This document shows positions 34,847 through 47,767 of a stretch of DNA of 64,000 bases, in pieces. The DNA comes from Moniliella sp. 'wahieum' (lineage: Eukaryota), in assembly GCA_003971905.1 (NCBI GenBank), contig RSEE01000112.1:1-64000 (forward strand), read 5' to 3'. Below the pieces are notes generated by a model that saw only the letters and a program-made list of their open reading frames with translations, ran no database searches and had not been told where the DNA came from. The position numbers were made by a program, and so were the translations under genes. Position 1 is the stretch's first letter; the number at the start of each line of letters is the position of its first letter.

Positions 34847-36499
34847 AGGCGCCCAGAAATAGATGTGAAAGGAAGGTATAATTAACACTGTTGGTCGAGC
34901 CTTTTTTTCTACCCTCCCTCACGCTCAACGTTCAATAAACTCCGAAAACGGAAACTAGAAATGAAGCGGGAAGGTCATACATGAGCGCATGAGCCAACTC
35001 CAACTGCATTGCCTGAAACGCCAGAGGGAGAAGAAGCTGATGATTTCACGGTGGAAGCAAGTGGAATGCAACGACACACTGCACATCCCCGCTTGTCTTC
35101 CCCCGGATCGTCGGGACGAGATACGTGCGGTACTATCGATTCCACAACGAAGATGGTCATCAAGCTGATTGGGAACGGGACGATCCTTTCTGAAGTATAT
35201 TCTCCTTGAAGACGGTTAAATCTTGATCGAATCGATCGCCATGTCTACTACACTGTCTCCTTCGTAGCTATCGTGTGCTATCCTCCGCTGTGGACCCAAT
35301 GACGTGCACCAGAGGGTCCTCTGACCTATGCTATTACCGGCCCCCTGGTTTCCTACATACGCTATAGTACCAGTACATCGCATACACCGAAGAAGCCTGA
35401 GCAAGTACCTAATACCCAGCAGTGTACTTGCTGCGTGAATGAGCTGGCAGTGGGACCATCGGTGGAATCCATGCGTGGATGCGTTGGCAGTGGAACCATC
35501 CGTGGAGCCCTAGGCTTTGTGCGGACCTGGTTCCCGTGGGAACGGGAAAGGCGTACTATACAGAAGGGAAGCGCACTTCCCTTGTATGCTCTCTTGTAGA
35601 CATGCGGGCAGAGCCTGGGCTCTGAGGAGCTGGGAGAAGGGTGTTAGCTCCCCTCTCCGCCCCCTGTCCGACGCGACGGTCGAGGGGAGGGAGGAGGTCC
35701 AAGTTTCTCCGTGACACTTTGGCCTCCGGCCGGCATAGGGAAAAGAGGGATGGAGAGGGAGAGGGAGAGGAGGGAAACAGCTGCATTTTGGACCATGACC
35801 AATTGGCTCGCTCTACGTTCCTGATACCTGTGCTCAATCTGATCAGGGCTGGCACCGATGCTGAAACCGACACCGACACCGACGCCGACAGCCAAGAGGA
35901 TGCAGCCCACACCCACGCGAACGGGGGCGGGAGTGTTGGGCGCGTTCTGACAACAACGACCTGCACGCAACCAACAGAGGGAGTGCCGTACTACAACAGT
36001 AGTGCCAGTTACTAGCCAACGTGGCCGCTACAGAAGCTCTCTTTTAAGTTCTTCTTAGCTGGGTATCGCAACCCCCGCAGACCGGAATCGCCTTCACCAT
36101 CATTTGCATGTCTGCTCGGGTATCCCTACGGCACAACTACTTATAGACGCATGCCTCTGAATCGATCGATGCCTCTGTGGGAGACATGCTCAGTTCTCAA
36201 CAGACCGTGGTTTTATCAGCATGGGTTATCAATTGGTTATGGCATCATTCCCACCCCCATACACACGCACTTGACATCACCGTAATCGTCACCAGAAAGA
36301 AGCAGCATGGTCTACTCACCGACAAAACGCAACCCAACAGTGCTTGTGGACAAACCGCGCATCTAGACACCAACCTGATGGACCACAGAACAGAGAGGAG
36401 AGCAAAGCAGCCCGCAGTTGGGCGTGTCAGCGCACCAGGGAAAAAAGGGGGGGGGGGAGGGGGGGGGGGGGGGGGGGTAGACGGTAAACCGAATTTCTT

Positions 36500-38356
36500 T
36501 CATAGGTCGAGCACGATCTGTCCTACGCCCCTCGAAACGCACGAGAGCATGGAGGTTTTCTTTTCTTCGCCCCAGAGGGCCACGCCGCGATGCTCGACGC
36601 GGCCTCGGTACGGCACGACACAGGTCCCGCACGAGCCTGCCTCGCAGAACGACGGACATCGATCCCGGCTTCGCGCAACGTTTGGAGCAGCGAACAGCCG
36701 CTGGTACCTGCAGAGTCTGGTGCCGCTGGGCCAGGTAGGCAGTAAACGGATCGCCGCCCACGGGGTGGTAAAGACTCAAAGTGGACGTACTGGTCTGGGA
36801 TCTGCAGCTGCGCCGCCGTTTCCGATACGCCCTCCATCAAGCGAAGCGGGCCACATACGTACACGTGCGCTGCAGGTCAGGCAGTGGCAGTGGCAGTGGC
36901 AGTGTACTTGTACTCTGGTGCGCGGGGGAGGCGCGGCGCAGAATCTGCTTCAAATCCATCGGGCACCCTTGGGCTTTGGGGTAGAGGGTAAGATGCGGGT
37001 GAGCGGGCGGAAGCAAGTGGAGGAAGGGCACGTCGGACTCGGACCGAACGGCAAGGTGCAAATGAAACGGGAGCTGATTCTGCAAGCAATGTGGGCAGCC
37101 TGGATGAACGCCGTGATGCCAATCCCGCCCGCGACCATGATCCGCAGGGGGGCGGGGGCAGGAGAGGCGTCGGCGTCGGCGTCGGCGCTCGCACTGGTGG
37201 CCTCCAAGCCAAAGGGGAACGTGGTGGAAATCTCACCAACGGGCACAACGTCGCCTTGCTGCACTTGATGATGAAAGTAGCTGCTGCCGCCCCTCGACTG
37301 ATCATCCAGAGCCACACCCAGTTGGAATTCGTGCCGAGTACCCCGGACGATGGAGTAGACGCGCTCCAACTCACCGAGCTTGACCTTAACGCTGGATCCA
37401 GGGGGAAGTTGTTCCTGTTCCGGTTCCGGGCCCTGCTGCTCTGGCTGCTCGTTCCGCTGCTTATCTTGCTCTTGGGCTTGCGTTGACTGCTGCTGATTTG
37501 GCCCCTGCTCCCGCTCTTGCATCTCCCCCGGGGTGGAAGGGGCAGGTTCGTTGGCTCGAAGGACAAACGAAGTGATTCGGTCAGTTTCGACGTGCTTGCA
37601 CTGGACGCGGTAGGGGGTCCAGGAGGGCAAGGCCATATCTTGTCCGCCGTAGAGACGGCCTGCATATCTTCGGACGCGTGGCTGGCAAGACGGTTGGACA
37701 AGATGGTGCGTACCTCTTGTGCCAGGGGCGGGAGGTGGATCAAGGTGGTGAGCGCGTGGGTGTTGCGCAGGTCGGTGTACATGTAGTGCTGTACGGCAGC
37801 GATGGTCCATTGCGGGTAGGGGCGGTGAGGAGACGGATCGTGTCGCCTGGTTGGACGGGGCCCGGGCGGAGGACACGGTAGAACCAGCCGGTGCGGCGCT
37901 TGGTTTGTGCCTGGAGCGCCATGTCGCGCACGCCGAACCGGTGGTTCAGTTTGAAGCACGGTTGCCGCGGCTGGCTCACCTCCAGCTCGGCCTGGCCATG
38001 GCAAACCGATCGCCAATGCAACCGTGTGTTCGTCGTACTGCGCCGCACGAGGTTCTCTCCAAACCCGCGGGCACGAACAGCTGGTTCGCCGGCATCTCCT
38101 CTTTCCATGCCGCGTAGTGCGCGACGCAGTACTGCAGCACGGCCTTGTCCACCCCGCCGTGATCTTCGTACGCCTGCTCGTCGCCCTCCAAGCCGAGCGG
38201 GTGATCTGGACCGGGTCGGAGGGATGGCCTTGTGGATGGCCGAACGCAGCGGCAGACGGTTGAACTGCTGCACCTTGCCCGTCCGCACCTCCAGCACCTT
38301 GTCCTCCGGCGCATCGGTGCGGCCGCAGCAGGCGGAGAGGCAAGGGCAGCAGACAT
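36500..38356 (-). CDS. YiiM-type MOSC domain + FAD/NAD reductase + 2Fe-2S ferredoxin fusion (PDR/VanB-like)
   Basis: GLEGDEQAYEDHGGVDKAVLQY, FGENL, VSQPRQPCFKLNHRFG, RTGWFYRVL, RVYSI, SRGGS, VAGGIGITAF, YVCGP, VHFE; ferredoxin cysteines in CEAGSCGTC...MLSCVSR. Stop TGA at 36500-36502. Confidence 0.9.
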
Positions 38357-39151
38357 GGTGGTGGGAGGAGGAACGGGGGGGGATGACCGGGTGGTAGGTC
38401 CGAAGTTGGTGGTTTATACCAGTTGGTTTCTTCCGATTTCGTGCTGGTTCATTTTTTTTACCCAGCCAAGCCAGCTTCGGAGATTGCGACGTGCCAGCCC
38501 CCAAACGGATCCAAGTCCGAGGATTACGATTGTGCGCGAGTTGATCATTTCAAACGCAGGTATCTGGGGCCATCGGGGGGTTGCTCCCTTCGTCGAAACC
38601 GTCCAGAAGAGCAGGACTTTGGCGACCAACACTGGCCCTTGCGTCTGTGGCCCTTGCATTACACTTGAGTCGCACACGCGACCCAGCTGCCCACCGGCGG
38701 CAGGATCGTCGATCAATATTCAATCTCAATTGCCCAAGCTGATTCGGAAGAGGAAAAGGGTGCGCGAACAATAAACCCGACCGAATCAACACAAACACGT
38801 TGAGAATCGCTCGCGTCCTCCCCGTCAGGCCTCAGGCGCCAGGACTATATACGCGTAACCCCTACTACCGAGCGGGATGGGACGCCGCACGTTGAGCATA
38901 TGAAGATGAATATTGAACGGCAAGAACAGCATAGTAGTGATTCCATGATCCAAGCAAACTGAGCAACCCCGAGCAAAAAAACACGCAAAAGGCGGGAGCA
39001 CATGAAGAGACAAAACGTTACGGCACGACTGGATCCCATTGAGAGTGAACTGAACCTGAACCCAGTCAGGCCGTACGGCGGAGCCAGCCAAGCCAAGCCA
39101 AGCCAAGCCAAGCCAAGTCGAGCCGAGCCGAGCCGCATCGCGCCGATTTTT

Positions 39152-41670
39152 TTAGAGCTTGGACTTGCAGCAGTCGGGCTGCGTGCCGGCCGAAGCGTTG
39201 GCGGGGATGGACTTTTCGTCGCTGGTCGGGCGCACGTCGAGGAGCGGATTCCTAGTGAAGAAGCCAGTGGGCCGGAGATCAAACATGACCTTGTCCGTGG
39301 GCATCACGGGCGCTACACACACACACAGTCAGTCAGTCACAGCCCCACAACAGGGAAACAATGCAAAAAACGAGGTTGGGTGGGGGATGCGGTGGAGAGG
39401 GGAGGGGGACGTACCATCTTCTGGCCTGGGGATGTGAGTCAGGCCGACCTGGGCAAAGATGACAATGTCGGTATTGCGAACATTGTCATTGCCGTCGCCG
39501 ACCCAGGCGGTGATCGAGTCGGGGGGCGTGTCGGTGGTTTGGAACATGTTTGCCGGCGGGGGTAGAGCTGGTTTTCATGGTAGGGGAGGGTGAACCAACT
39601 GTGCTTGGCAAAGGGTGCGCGACGGGCAACAATCGAGTCGGGAGCGGCCCACAACTTGACTTGTGCGCCAGGCGCGACAAAGCGGTAGGCGACCGGGTAG
39701 CCCGACGCGTGGTGCTTGTGGTTCTCATTGACGATCGACCAGTACCGTTCCGAATCGTGGTCCGCGTCGCGCACCGCGTCGCCGGACGTGGCGAGCAAAC
39801 GCCGTTTAATGTCAAACGCGTTGCCAGCCCAGTTCATCCGGCTGCCCGTCGGGTGCGGCGAACGCTCAATGTGCGTCTCTACCACACTGTTCTGCGGACC
39901 GTCGAGGTGCGGGTCGATGCGCACACTGTCCAGGCGCAAACGAAGGCGGTTAGTCAAACGGACTTAAAGGGAACCCATACCGCGCGGGACACGCATAGGG
40001 GAGAAGAAGAACAAGGGTTCGCAAGGGCCACGTACCTGAAAATGTGCTGGTGCAGCTGCGCCTGGATCTGGGGCATGACCTCGATCGCATACGTTGGCTT
40101 TTCGCCCGGGGCGAGCAGGTTGAGGTTGAGGATCCCGTCAGGCCCACCTCGCAACCAAGGGTGCCGTCCATGTGGAGACGCCAGCCGACCTGAGGAACAA
40201 AAAATAAAAAACGTTAGCACACGTCCAAACTAGGGTAAGGAGGGGAAGAAGAGGAAAGGAAGATGCCCGTAGGTAACGTACCCGGTACTCGTAGTTGGCC
40301 ACGTGTACACAGACGAGATTTCAAGGATGCGTTGGCGCACGGCGGCGCCCTGGCCGTCGGGGCGGAAGTCGGTGTGTTTCCAGCCGAGGCCGCCGTCGAG
40401 CTCGTGGATGCAGATGGCATTCTTGATGACCTGCGGGGTTCCGTCGTGGGCGACAATGAGGCCGTCCATGTACTCGATGCTGCCGAGGCAGTCGCAGCCC
40501 AAGTCGAGCGAGTTGGAGACAGTGCCAGGCCATACTCGCCCACGTCAAAGGCAAACTTCTTGTAGTGGGGAAAGTCGGGGTGGGCATAGGGCACCACCAT
40601 CTCGGCCATGCTCACGCGCCAAAAGAGCGGGCGCTCAGTCGGGTTGGCCTTGGACGCCCCGGGCGCCTCATCGTCCTTGTACGAGATGGCCGAGAGCACA
40701 ATGCCCTCGCGCGGGTGGAAGGCGACGTGCAACTTCCACTTTTGCCATTCCAGCACGTTGCCCGTGCGGGTAAACGACACGCCTTCCGGCTGGACGACCG
40801 AGAGCGGCTTGAGGTCCTTGCGGAACTCGATCGGGGTCTTGCCGTCGGGCGCGGTGGCGCGGTCCGGGTGCCAGTCCGAGTGCAGACGCGGCGGGGCAAA
40901 GCGGGGCCGGTTCTGGGACTCGGAAATGTCCCATTCGGGGCCGTCGGGGGGCGGTGGTGCCACGGGAGGTGATGGTGGGCCCGTCGATGCGGAAGGAGGG
41001 TAGTCAATGGAGATGACCTTGGCGTCATTGACATCAATCACGGCGAAAAAGTCCATGGGGTGCGAGTAGTGGTTGTCGTGGTAGTTGTCAAAGCGGGCAA
41101 ACATCAGGCCCTCCATCAGGCGGCGGCCGGGCCAGCGAATGTCGTAGCCAATGCACCAGCCGTCGGCAAACATTTCCTCGGGCTTGATGCCGACCTTGGC
41201 GGCCTCGGCACAGCAGCGGGCGTCGTTGCGGACAATCTCCTCGGCGGAGATGATCTCCTCGGGGGTGAGGGCGGGCTGGACATGCTGCGGCAGGAGACCT
41301 CGCTGGCGACCTCGGGGGCCGGGGCCGAGGGCGGGAGGGTGACGACGACCTCCCAGGCGCGGGACTCGTAGCGGTCGAGGACGATGACCTCGACCTGGCG
41401 CTTGATGGGCTCGGTGGCGGGGGTGAGGGCGCCGCCGGGGAAGCGGATGGCCTCGATGACGGCGTTCTTGGGGGGCTCCTTGAGGTAGGCGTTGGTGACC
41501 TTGACGCCGCGCTTGCCCTGGCTGGCGATGTGCTGGGCGGCGGTCTTGGCTGCGAGCTCGATCTCGATGGGGCTGGGCGGGTCGAGCGGGTGGAGGTGGT
41601 CCCAGGAGCGGTGGAGGTGGCCGCTGGACGCGGGGGCGGTGACGTGCTGGGCGGGCGAGGGGGGCGCCAT
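39152..41670 (-). CDS. Copper amine oxidase, peroxisomal (C-terminal SKL)
   Basis: HPLDP, QPEGVSF, WQKWKLHVAFHPREG, EMVVPY, FDVGEYG, GCDCLG, TPQ motif NYEY (Tyr 40291-40293), HQH and HIPRPED. It has GTACGT introns and ends CCKSKL*. Confidence 0.95.
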
Positions 41671-42719
41671 GGTGGGGGTGGGGGTGGGGTAGAGGGAGGT
41701 GGGGGTGGCGGCCTAGAAGAAGCGGTGGGGGGGGGGGATATATACACGCCCAATGCTCCGTCGGAGCAGACTGGCCAGGCTTCGGAAGGACACTTCTGGG
41801 GCGCTGCAGGCGCTGGCGAGAAGTTCGGCAGATAATCGATAACCCTCCACCCGATAGACGCCGAGGCACTCTGCCTCGTCTGGGGCAAACCCTGCCGCAA
41901 CCGACAGCGTGCCTGGCCAGCACCCGTTCGGTGCAACGCCGGCGGATGCAGCAGCGCGGAGCGCGCGGCTATGGCGGTGATCCATCACCCACCGCGCCCG
42001 CGTCTCAGCCACGCAGCGCGCAGCGCATGCACACAGGCCCCCCGCCCTGCGGCTGCGCGCTAGCCGCTGGCTGACGTCAGCTGCGGCAGCGCCCCCGCGC
42101 GGCGCCGAGCACCCGCCGTCGTCGGCCGCACGGCGCGCGTGTCCAGGCGCCGTGCCATGCCGCCGTGCTGCTGCCCAGAGTAAGCAGCGCTCGCCGCGCC
42201 CAACCCTACCCGCACCGCCGCACGCGCCCACGCAACCCTACCCGCACCGCTGGGCACTGCGCCTGCATCCATCCCCCTCCATCCATCAGCAGTTGGTGCC
42301 CCCCTCGACCATCGACCAGCCCCCCCATCGCTCACAACCTGATCGCGCAGATAGCTGCGCTTCTCCTTGGCGCCAGCGGCCCGTCTTCGGGCCAACTCTC
42401 CGCCACATCTCCGTCACCACTGCCCCCGGACCACGCGGTAGTCCCGCTCGGCACCAGTCCGTACTTGGTGACTGCGCACATGCTGGCACTCGCACCTGCA
42501 TCACTTTGTGAAACACCTTGCCGCTCGCACCGCATCAGTCGACTGTCCTTCCGTACTCGCACCAGAGGACCAAATGAATACATTGAAGCGAGTCCTCCCC
42601 TCCTCGTCGTTCTTCAGCACCCAGTGTCCTACTACGCTAGCCCCTCTGAGAGTAGCAGTCAGCGCTCTCGACGGAGCCAGAAAAACGGACCACCATCCTT
42701 ATACAGCAACCATGGCATA

Positions 42720-42932
42720 ATGTGTGGTGACGTATGCCAATGCACCCAGTGCCATAGTACTAGTTTGGCTCATCTCGCTCCATTTCCAATTTCTTCGTCT
42801 CGAGCGTCTCGCTCCTGCCCTGTTCCTTCCACTTCGCACCATGATGTCCTCTGCTCGTGCTTCTTCCCCACGAACGATTGCTACGCCCATTTGGCCTACA
42901 CCCGATGTGAATGCCAGCACTGTGATGGATAG
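42720..42932 (+). CDS. Small Cys-rich metallothionein-like peptide (70 aa, 11 Cys)
   Basis: MCGDVCQCTQCH...SC...LCSC...DC...RCECQHCDG*. A possible in-frame 48-nt intron lies at 42757-42804. Confidence 0.4.
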   Translation: MCGDVCQCTQCHSTSLAHLAPFPISSSRASRSCPVPSTSHHDVLCSCFFPTNDCYAHLAYTRCECQHCDG

Positions 42933-43120
42933 GCGCCGGGACGGTACATGATGGGTCCCACGACTACTCATGCAGTGACGTTAAGCATTGGGCTGACGGG
43001 GCTCGCGGTAATCGGTTAACGGGGACCGTACGAGACGCAGTGGGTCTGGTTAGCGACACGACCACGACGCTGGGATCGCCTGATCGTTTTGCTCAGCAGC
43101 CCACAGCACTGCGATTTGGA

Positions 43121-43202
43121 TCCAATCCAATCCAATCCAATCCAATCCAATCCAATCCAATCCAATCCAATCCAATCCAATCCAATCCAATCCAATCCAA
43201 TC
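43121..43202 (+). repeat. (CCAAT)n microsatellite
   Basis: Visible directly in the sequence. Confidence 0.95.
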
Positions 43203-43620
43203 TCTCCAGCTCGAACCCGTGCCAAAGGTGTAGTGTATTGTGGTGGGGACGCAGCCATGCAGGCGCGGCAGTCAGACGCTTACTGTTGTCCATGTGTATG
43301 TCCATTTCGGCCCTCCCCCTCCTCATCCCCCTCCCTATTCTCCATTATATCCCGACCCTCAATGTCCATACCGGTTTCCTGTTCATTCCCCGCCCCGCCC
43401 CATTCCGATCCAATTCCCATTCTCATTCCCATTCCCACTCCCATTGCCCGCCCCGATCCTATTCCCATTCCCAACCCCTCTCGCTCACTACGTTGGTTCG
43501 CCTCTTCCCTGGACCCCATTTCGGTCGTGGTGCTTGGTCGTGAGTCAAGGCGCCCTGGCGCCCCGACGCGCGTCGTGTCGCAGGACGGGAAATTGGCACG
43601 GACGAACAGCGAGCACGGCG

Positions 43621-45064
43621 CTAGGAAGGGTGCGCCTGCGCCGTGCGGTCCAGCACGCACGCCAGCCGAGCCACTTGCCGCAGCGTGACCGATCCGCCTG
43701 CGCGAAGATGGGAAAGCAGCTGCGCAGCCTCCAGCTCCCGCTCTGGCTGTCGGGAAACGGACTGACGCACGTCCACGCCCGTTGGCGAGCCGACAGCAGC
43801 AGTGAAGTTGGCGGTGCGGCAGCGCCAGTTCATGCTCGTGCCCAAGCTCATGGGCAAGTGCAAGCGGCGTTGGATCCTAGCTTTGCGAGCGTGCGATCCG
43901 CGTGCTGCGTACCCGGCCGGGCGGAGTGCGATAGCTTGCACCGCGAGCGAGACGCCGTCGTGTGTGTGTTGCCCCAGGAGCGCGACCTAAGCCCTGCCCG
44001 CACGAGCCATGGTACGCCACCAGACGCGGTAGCACCCGGACCGTCACACTCAGGTCGGGCGGCAGTCCCGCCGCCCCTGCAGCTACCCACCGTCCCCACC
44101 GTCCGCTCACCGTCGAGCGTGGGGGTGAGGGAAGTGTGCCGTGCGCGTGCGGGCGGCAGGCAGGCCGGCAAGCCAGGAGGCGGCGGTGGAGGCCGGTCCA
44201 GCCCGAGTGGATGCACATGGCGAGCACGTCCGAGTCGTCGGTGTACACGTCGGTCCCCCAGATACGGCATTTCTCGATCCCAGCCAGCGCGAGCCCGCGC
44301 GCCGACGGGGCGAGGATGTGAAGGCCCTGGTCCTGGTCCTGGTCCTGGTCCTGGTGCTTATGCCAGTGGTTGTGCTGGTGGTTGGGGTTGGGGTTGGGGT
44401 TGTGGAGGTGCGAGAGGGGGGTCGGGCGCAGCAGGCCGCCCGGGACGCGCACCTCGATCGTTGCACCTACATGCTTACGCAGGACGTCGCCGGGCAAGAG
44501 CGGGGATCGGTTTGGGTCGTAGCGCACCCAGCCCAGGTGCGCCGTCTGGCGATCGCGCGGCAGACAACGCACGCTCGCCCACACCGCGTCCGAACGAGCC
44601 AGGGGAGAGAGCAGGGCGCGGTCTTGCGTCGGCTGGGGGGGAGGGGACAAGGCGGGGAGGCGGCGGGGGTATAAGGGGCGTGGGGGGAAGAGGGGGCCAG
44701 GGGGGAGGGTATGCCGCTGGGCGGTTGCGGTTCCGTGGGGGAATGGATGTGGGTATGTGTCGGTTGGTCTGCAGGCGCATGGTGGTGGTGGTGATGATGA
44801 TGATGTGGTGGTGATGGTGGTGATGGTGGGGGTGAAAATGCGGATGCGAATGAGGATGAGAATGCGAATGAGGATGAGAATGCGGATGAGGATGAGGATG
44901 GAGGTGCGGGTGCGGGTGGGGTGCGGGGGAGATGGACGAGGCGGAGGTGGTGGTGGGGTGGTGGGTGGTGGGGGTGGTGGTGACAGTGCTGGAGGTGGGG
45001 GTGGTGGTGGCGGTGCTGGAGGTGGCGGTGGCGGTGTTGGAGGCGGCGGGGAGGGGGCGGGCAT
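43621..45064 (-). CDS. RXT3: Rxt3-family histone deacetylase complex subunit
   Basis: HLGWVRYD, GATIEVRVP, IWGTDVYTDDSDVLAMCIHSGW, DLSVTVRVLPRLVAYHGS, RSRSWGNTH. Frameshifted. Confidence 0.8.
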
Positions 45065-45233
45065 GGTGGGCAGTTGGGCAACTCAGAAAGCAACCCATAG
45101 CCGCTCCACTTTAATTTCCCCGCAGCCGCCCGTCGCGGCGCCTGCTGACGTCAGCCCTGCCCCTTCTTCCCGCCACGTCGGCCGACCAATCCGGGCCCCC
45201 CCCCCACACCACCACCACACCGCCACTCCCACC

Positions 45234-47767
45234 ATGGACGTCGACTTCAGCACGCCGCCCGCGGCCGGCGTCGCGCTCGCCCCTCGGCGTGCTCGCCGTG
45301 CTGAGCGAGGCGCGCGCCGAGCACGGCCTCCGCGCCGCCGACTACACCCGCTACCGCCACTACTGCGCCAAGCGTGCGCACCGGCTACGGAGCTTGCGCA
45401 CCTGACCCATGCCGACGCTGCCCACCAGCCCAAGTCCAAGTCCAAGCCCGCCGCCGGCGTCGGCCTCGGCCTCGGCCGCCCGCGGGCGCAAGAAGCTGCC
45501 TGCGCGCCCGTCGCGCGCAGCAGTCTGTCGCCGCCTCCCACCTGGGCGGCAACACGTTTACGCGCGTGGCCCGTGTCGACGTCCGACCTGACCGACCACA
45601 CGCTGCTGCTGCTGTTCCTGTTTGAGGCGGAGCGGCACTGGGCGCATGCGCAGGCGCTCAAGGCGGAGCAGGCGCAGGGCCAACGGTCAGCGCCAAGCAG
45701 CTCGCTGCGCGCGCCAAGCGCGCAGTGCAGTGGGCCAAGTACCTGCAAGCTGCCGCCGCCGCGCTGGGCGAGACGGATGCGCTGGATGCGCGCTCGCAGC
45801 TCGAGGTGGGCGCGTACACCAACCTGATCCAGGCGTCGGCGTCGTTGGATGCGGAGCGGTACGCGGCGGCGTGGCCGAGTACGCGGTGGCGAGGAAGACG
45901 CTGAGCTTGCTCGCGGGCCATGCGCCGTCAGCCAAGGACGAAGCGTATGCGCATTCTTTCCTGGACCAAGCCGAGCCCGGCATGCGCTACGCCGCGTACC
46001 AGCTCGAGATCGACGAGGCGGACTTGGACGTGGTGGAAGCGGCGGTGGTGGATGACGCTACGCTGGACAAGCTCCTGCCGCACTACCACACCCTCGCCCA
46101 CCGCATCCAAGACGCCGGCGCCGACTCCCGTGGCCCGACCCAAGTCACCTTCCGCGCACACACCATCCCCATCCGCAACCCCGAGCTGGTCGTTGCGATC
46201 CAAACGTGGACCGGGAGCGCGAGGCGCTGGATGTGGCGCTGGCGCAGGAAAATGAGGACCAGCAAGCGGCCAAGTCCAAGGCCAAGTCCAAGGCCAAGTC
46301 TCAAACCGACGCCAACCGCCCTGCGCCGGTTGGCATCCAGCGCCACACGCACGCCGAACGCAATGCGCGTCGCAAGGCGGCGGGAGCGCACCGGTTCCGG
46401 GGCGGCGCGACGACGGCGCGTACGGCTGGATCCGTTTGACCGTGCGCTGGCCGCTGCCGGCGACGCAGAGACGCTCGCGTCGCAGTTGGTCCAGGACGAA
46501 AAGGCAGCGTTGGCGCGGTCGCAGTCGTCGCGCTATGCGGCGGCGACGGCGCCGCTGGCGCAGGCCCACGAGTACCTGGCGTTTGTGTTGGGCCTGCTGC
46601 GTGTGCAGCGCAACGCGCACCTGGCCGCGCGGGTGGAACACATGCGCATCTGCGCCAACGGCGTGCGGAAGCGCTGATGGGCCCCAAGCTGCGTCGCGCC
46701 CAGCTGGGCAAACGCATGAGGCCCGGAAAGAGCGGCAAGCGCAAGGCGCGTGCTGCGTCGGTGGTGCCGCACACGCGCCCGACCGCTCGTCGGACCAAGC
46801 GGGCCACCTCGAAGCGCGCCAAGAAACCCAAGCCCTTCCACCGCCGTCCGGCGCGGTCGGGCAACAAAAAGGTGCGGCAGACGCGCGGGGCGGAGCGCAT
46901 GGCGCGTCTGCGCGCCGTGGCGCAGGAGCGCGCCGTGCGTCGTCGGTCGCGTGCGCTGCCCGTGTGATCCGGTTGCAGGAGGGCATCGAGAGCTCCTTGG
47001 CGGCGCTCTCCAGTCTCGAGCTGGTCGAGGCCGACGCGGACCTGTCGTCGCTGCTGGACGCCAAGCTGTTCCTGTGCCGTGCCACGCTCACCGCCACTTG
47101 GCCGAGGCGTACGCCGCGTCCAGAGCCGAGCCCCAGGCGATCGTGCTGCTGGACTACTCGATGCGCTTTGTCAAGCAGGCCGGGGATGCCCTGGCGCTGG
47201 CCCAGGGCGTGGAGGAAGAAAATGCACTGCTGCCGCCCCGCGTCCACCCTTCCATTCTCGACGCGCGTCTCGCCCACTTGGAGCACACCAAACGCGCCTA
47301 CCAGCTCGCTTTGCTCCGGCACCGCACGGGAGAGGTGGAGCCGAGTTCGGTCACCGGCGCGCTCACCGACTCGCTTTCGGGCGAAGTGCTGCGCACGACA
47401 ACGGCGCGCTATGTGACGTTTGATCCCGTCCTCTCTCGCCGCTGCCAGTGAAGTTCCGGCTGATGTGCAAGCGCAAGCCGAGGCGGAAGCCGAGGCCGCA
47501 GCGGTGCAAGCGCAAGAGCAGAAGCAAACGTCCTCCGTGCCACTGCCTGGTGCCAAGCCCAAGACGAAGCCCGCCTTCCGGCCCCTCACGGTCTTCTGCG
47601 GTGGAGGAGGAGGAGCTGGAGGAAGAAGAGTTTGCCGAAGCGCCCGAGGCGGCCGATAGCAGCGATGAGTTTGCCGAAGCGCATGAGGGCCCCACGTCGC
47701 CGGTCGCGTCGCATGCTGCGGCCCAGCCGCAGAAGAAGGGCTGGTCAGCTCGCTCTGGGGGCGCTGA
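45234..47767 (+). CDS. SRP68: Signal recognition particle subunit SRP68
   Basis: ARAEHGLR..YTRYRHYCAKRAHRLR, LLFLFEAERHWAHA, EPGMRYAAYQL, VTFRAHTIPIRNPELV, and a C-terminal KPAF followed by KKGW near the stop. Frameshifted. Confidence 0.88.
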
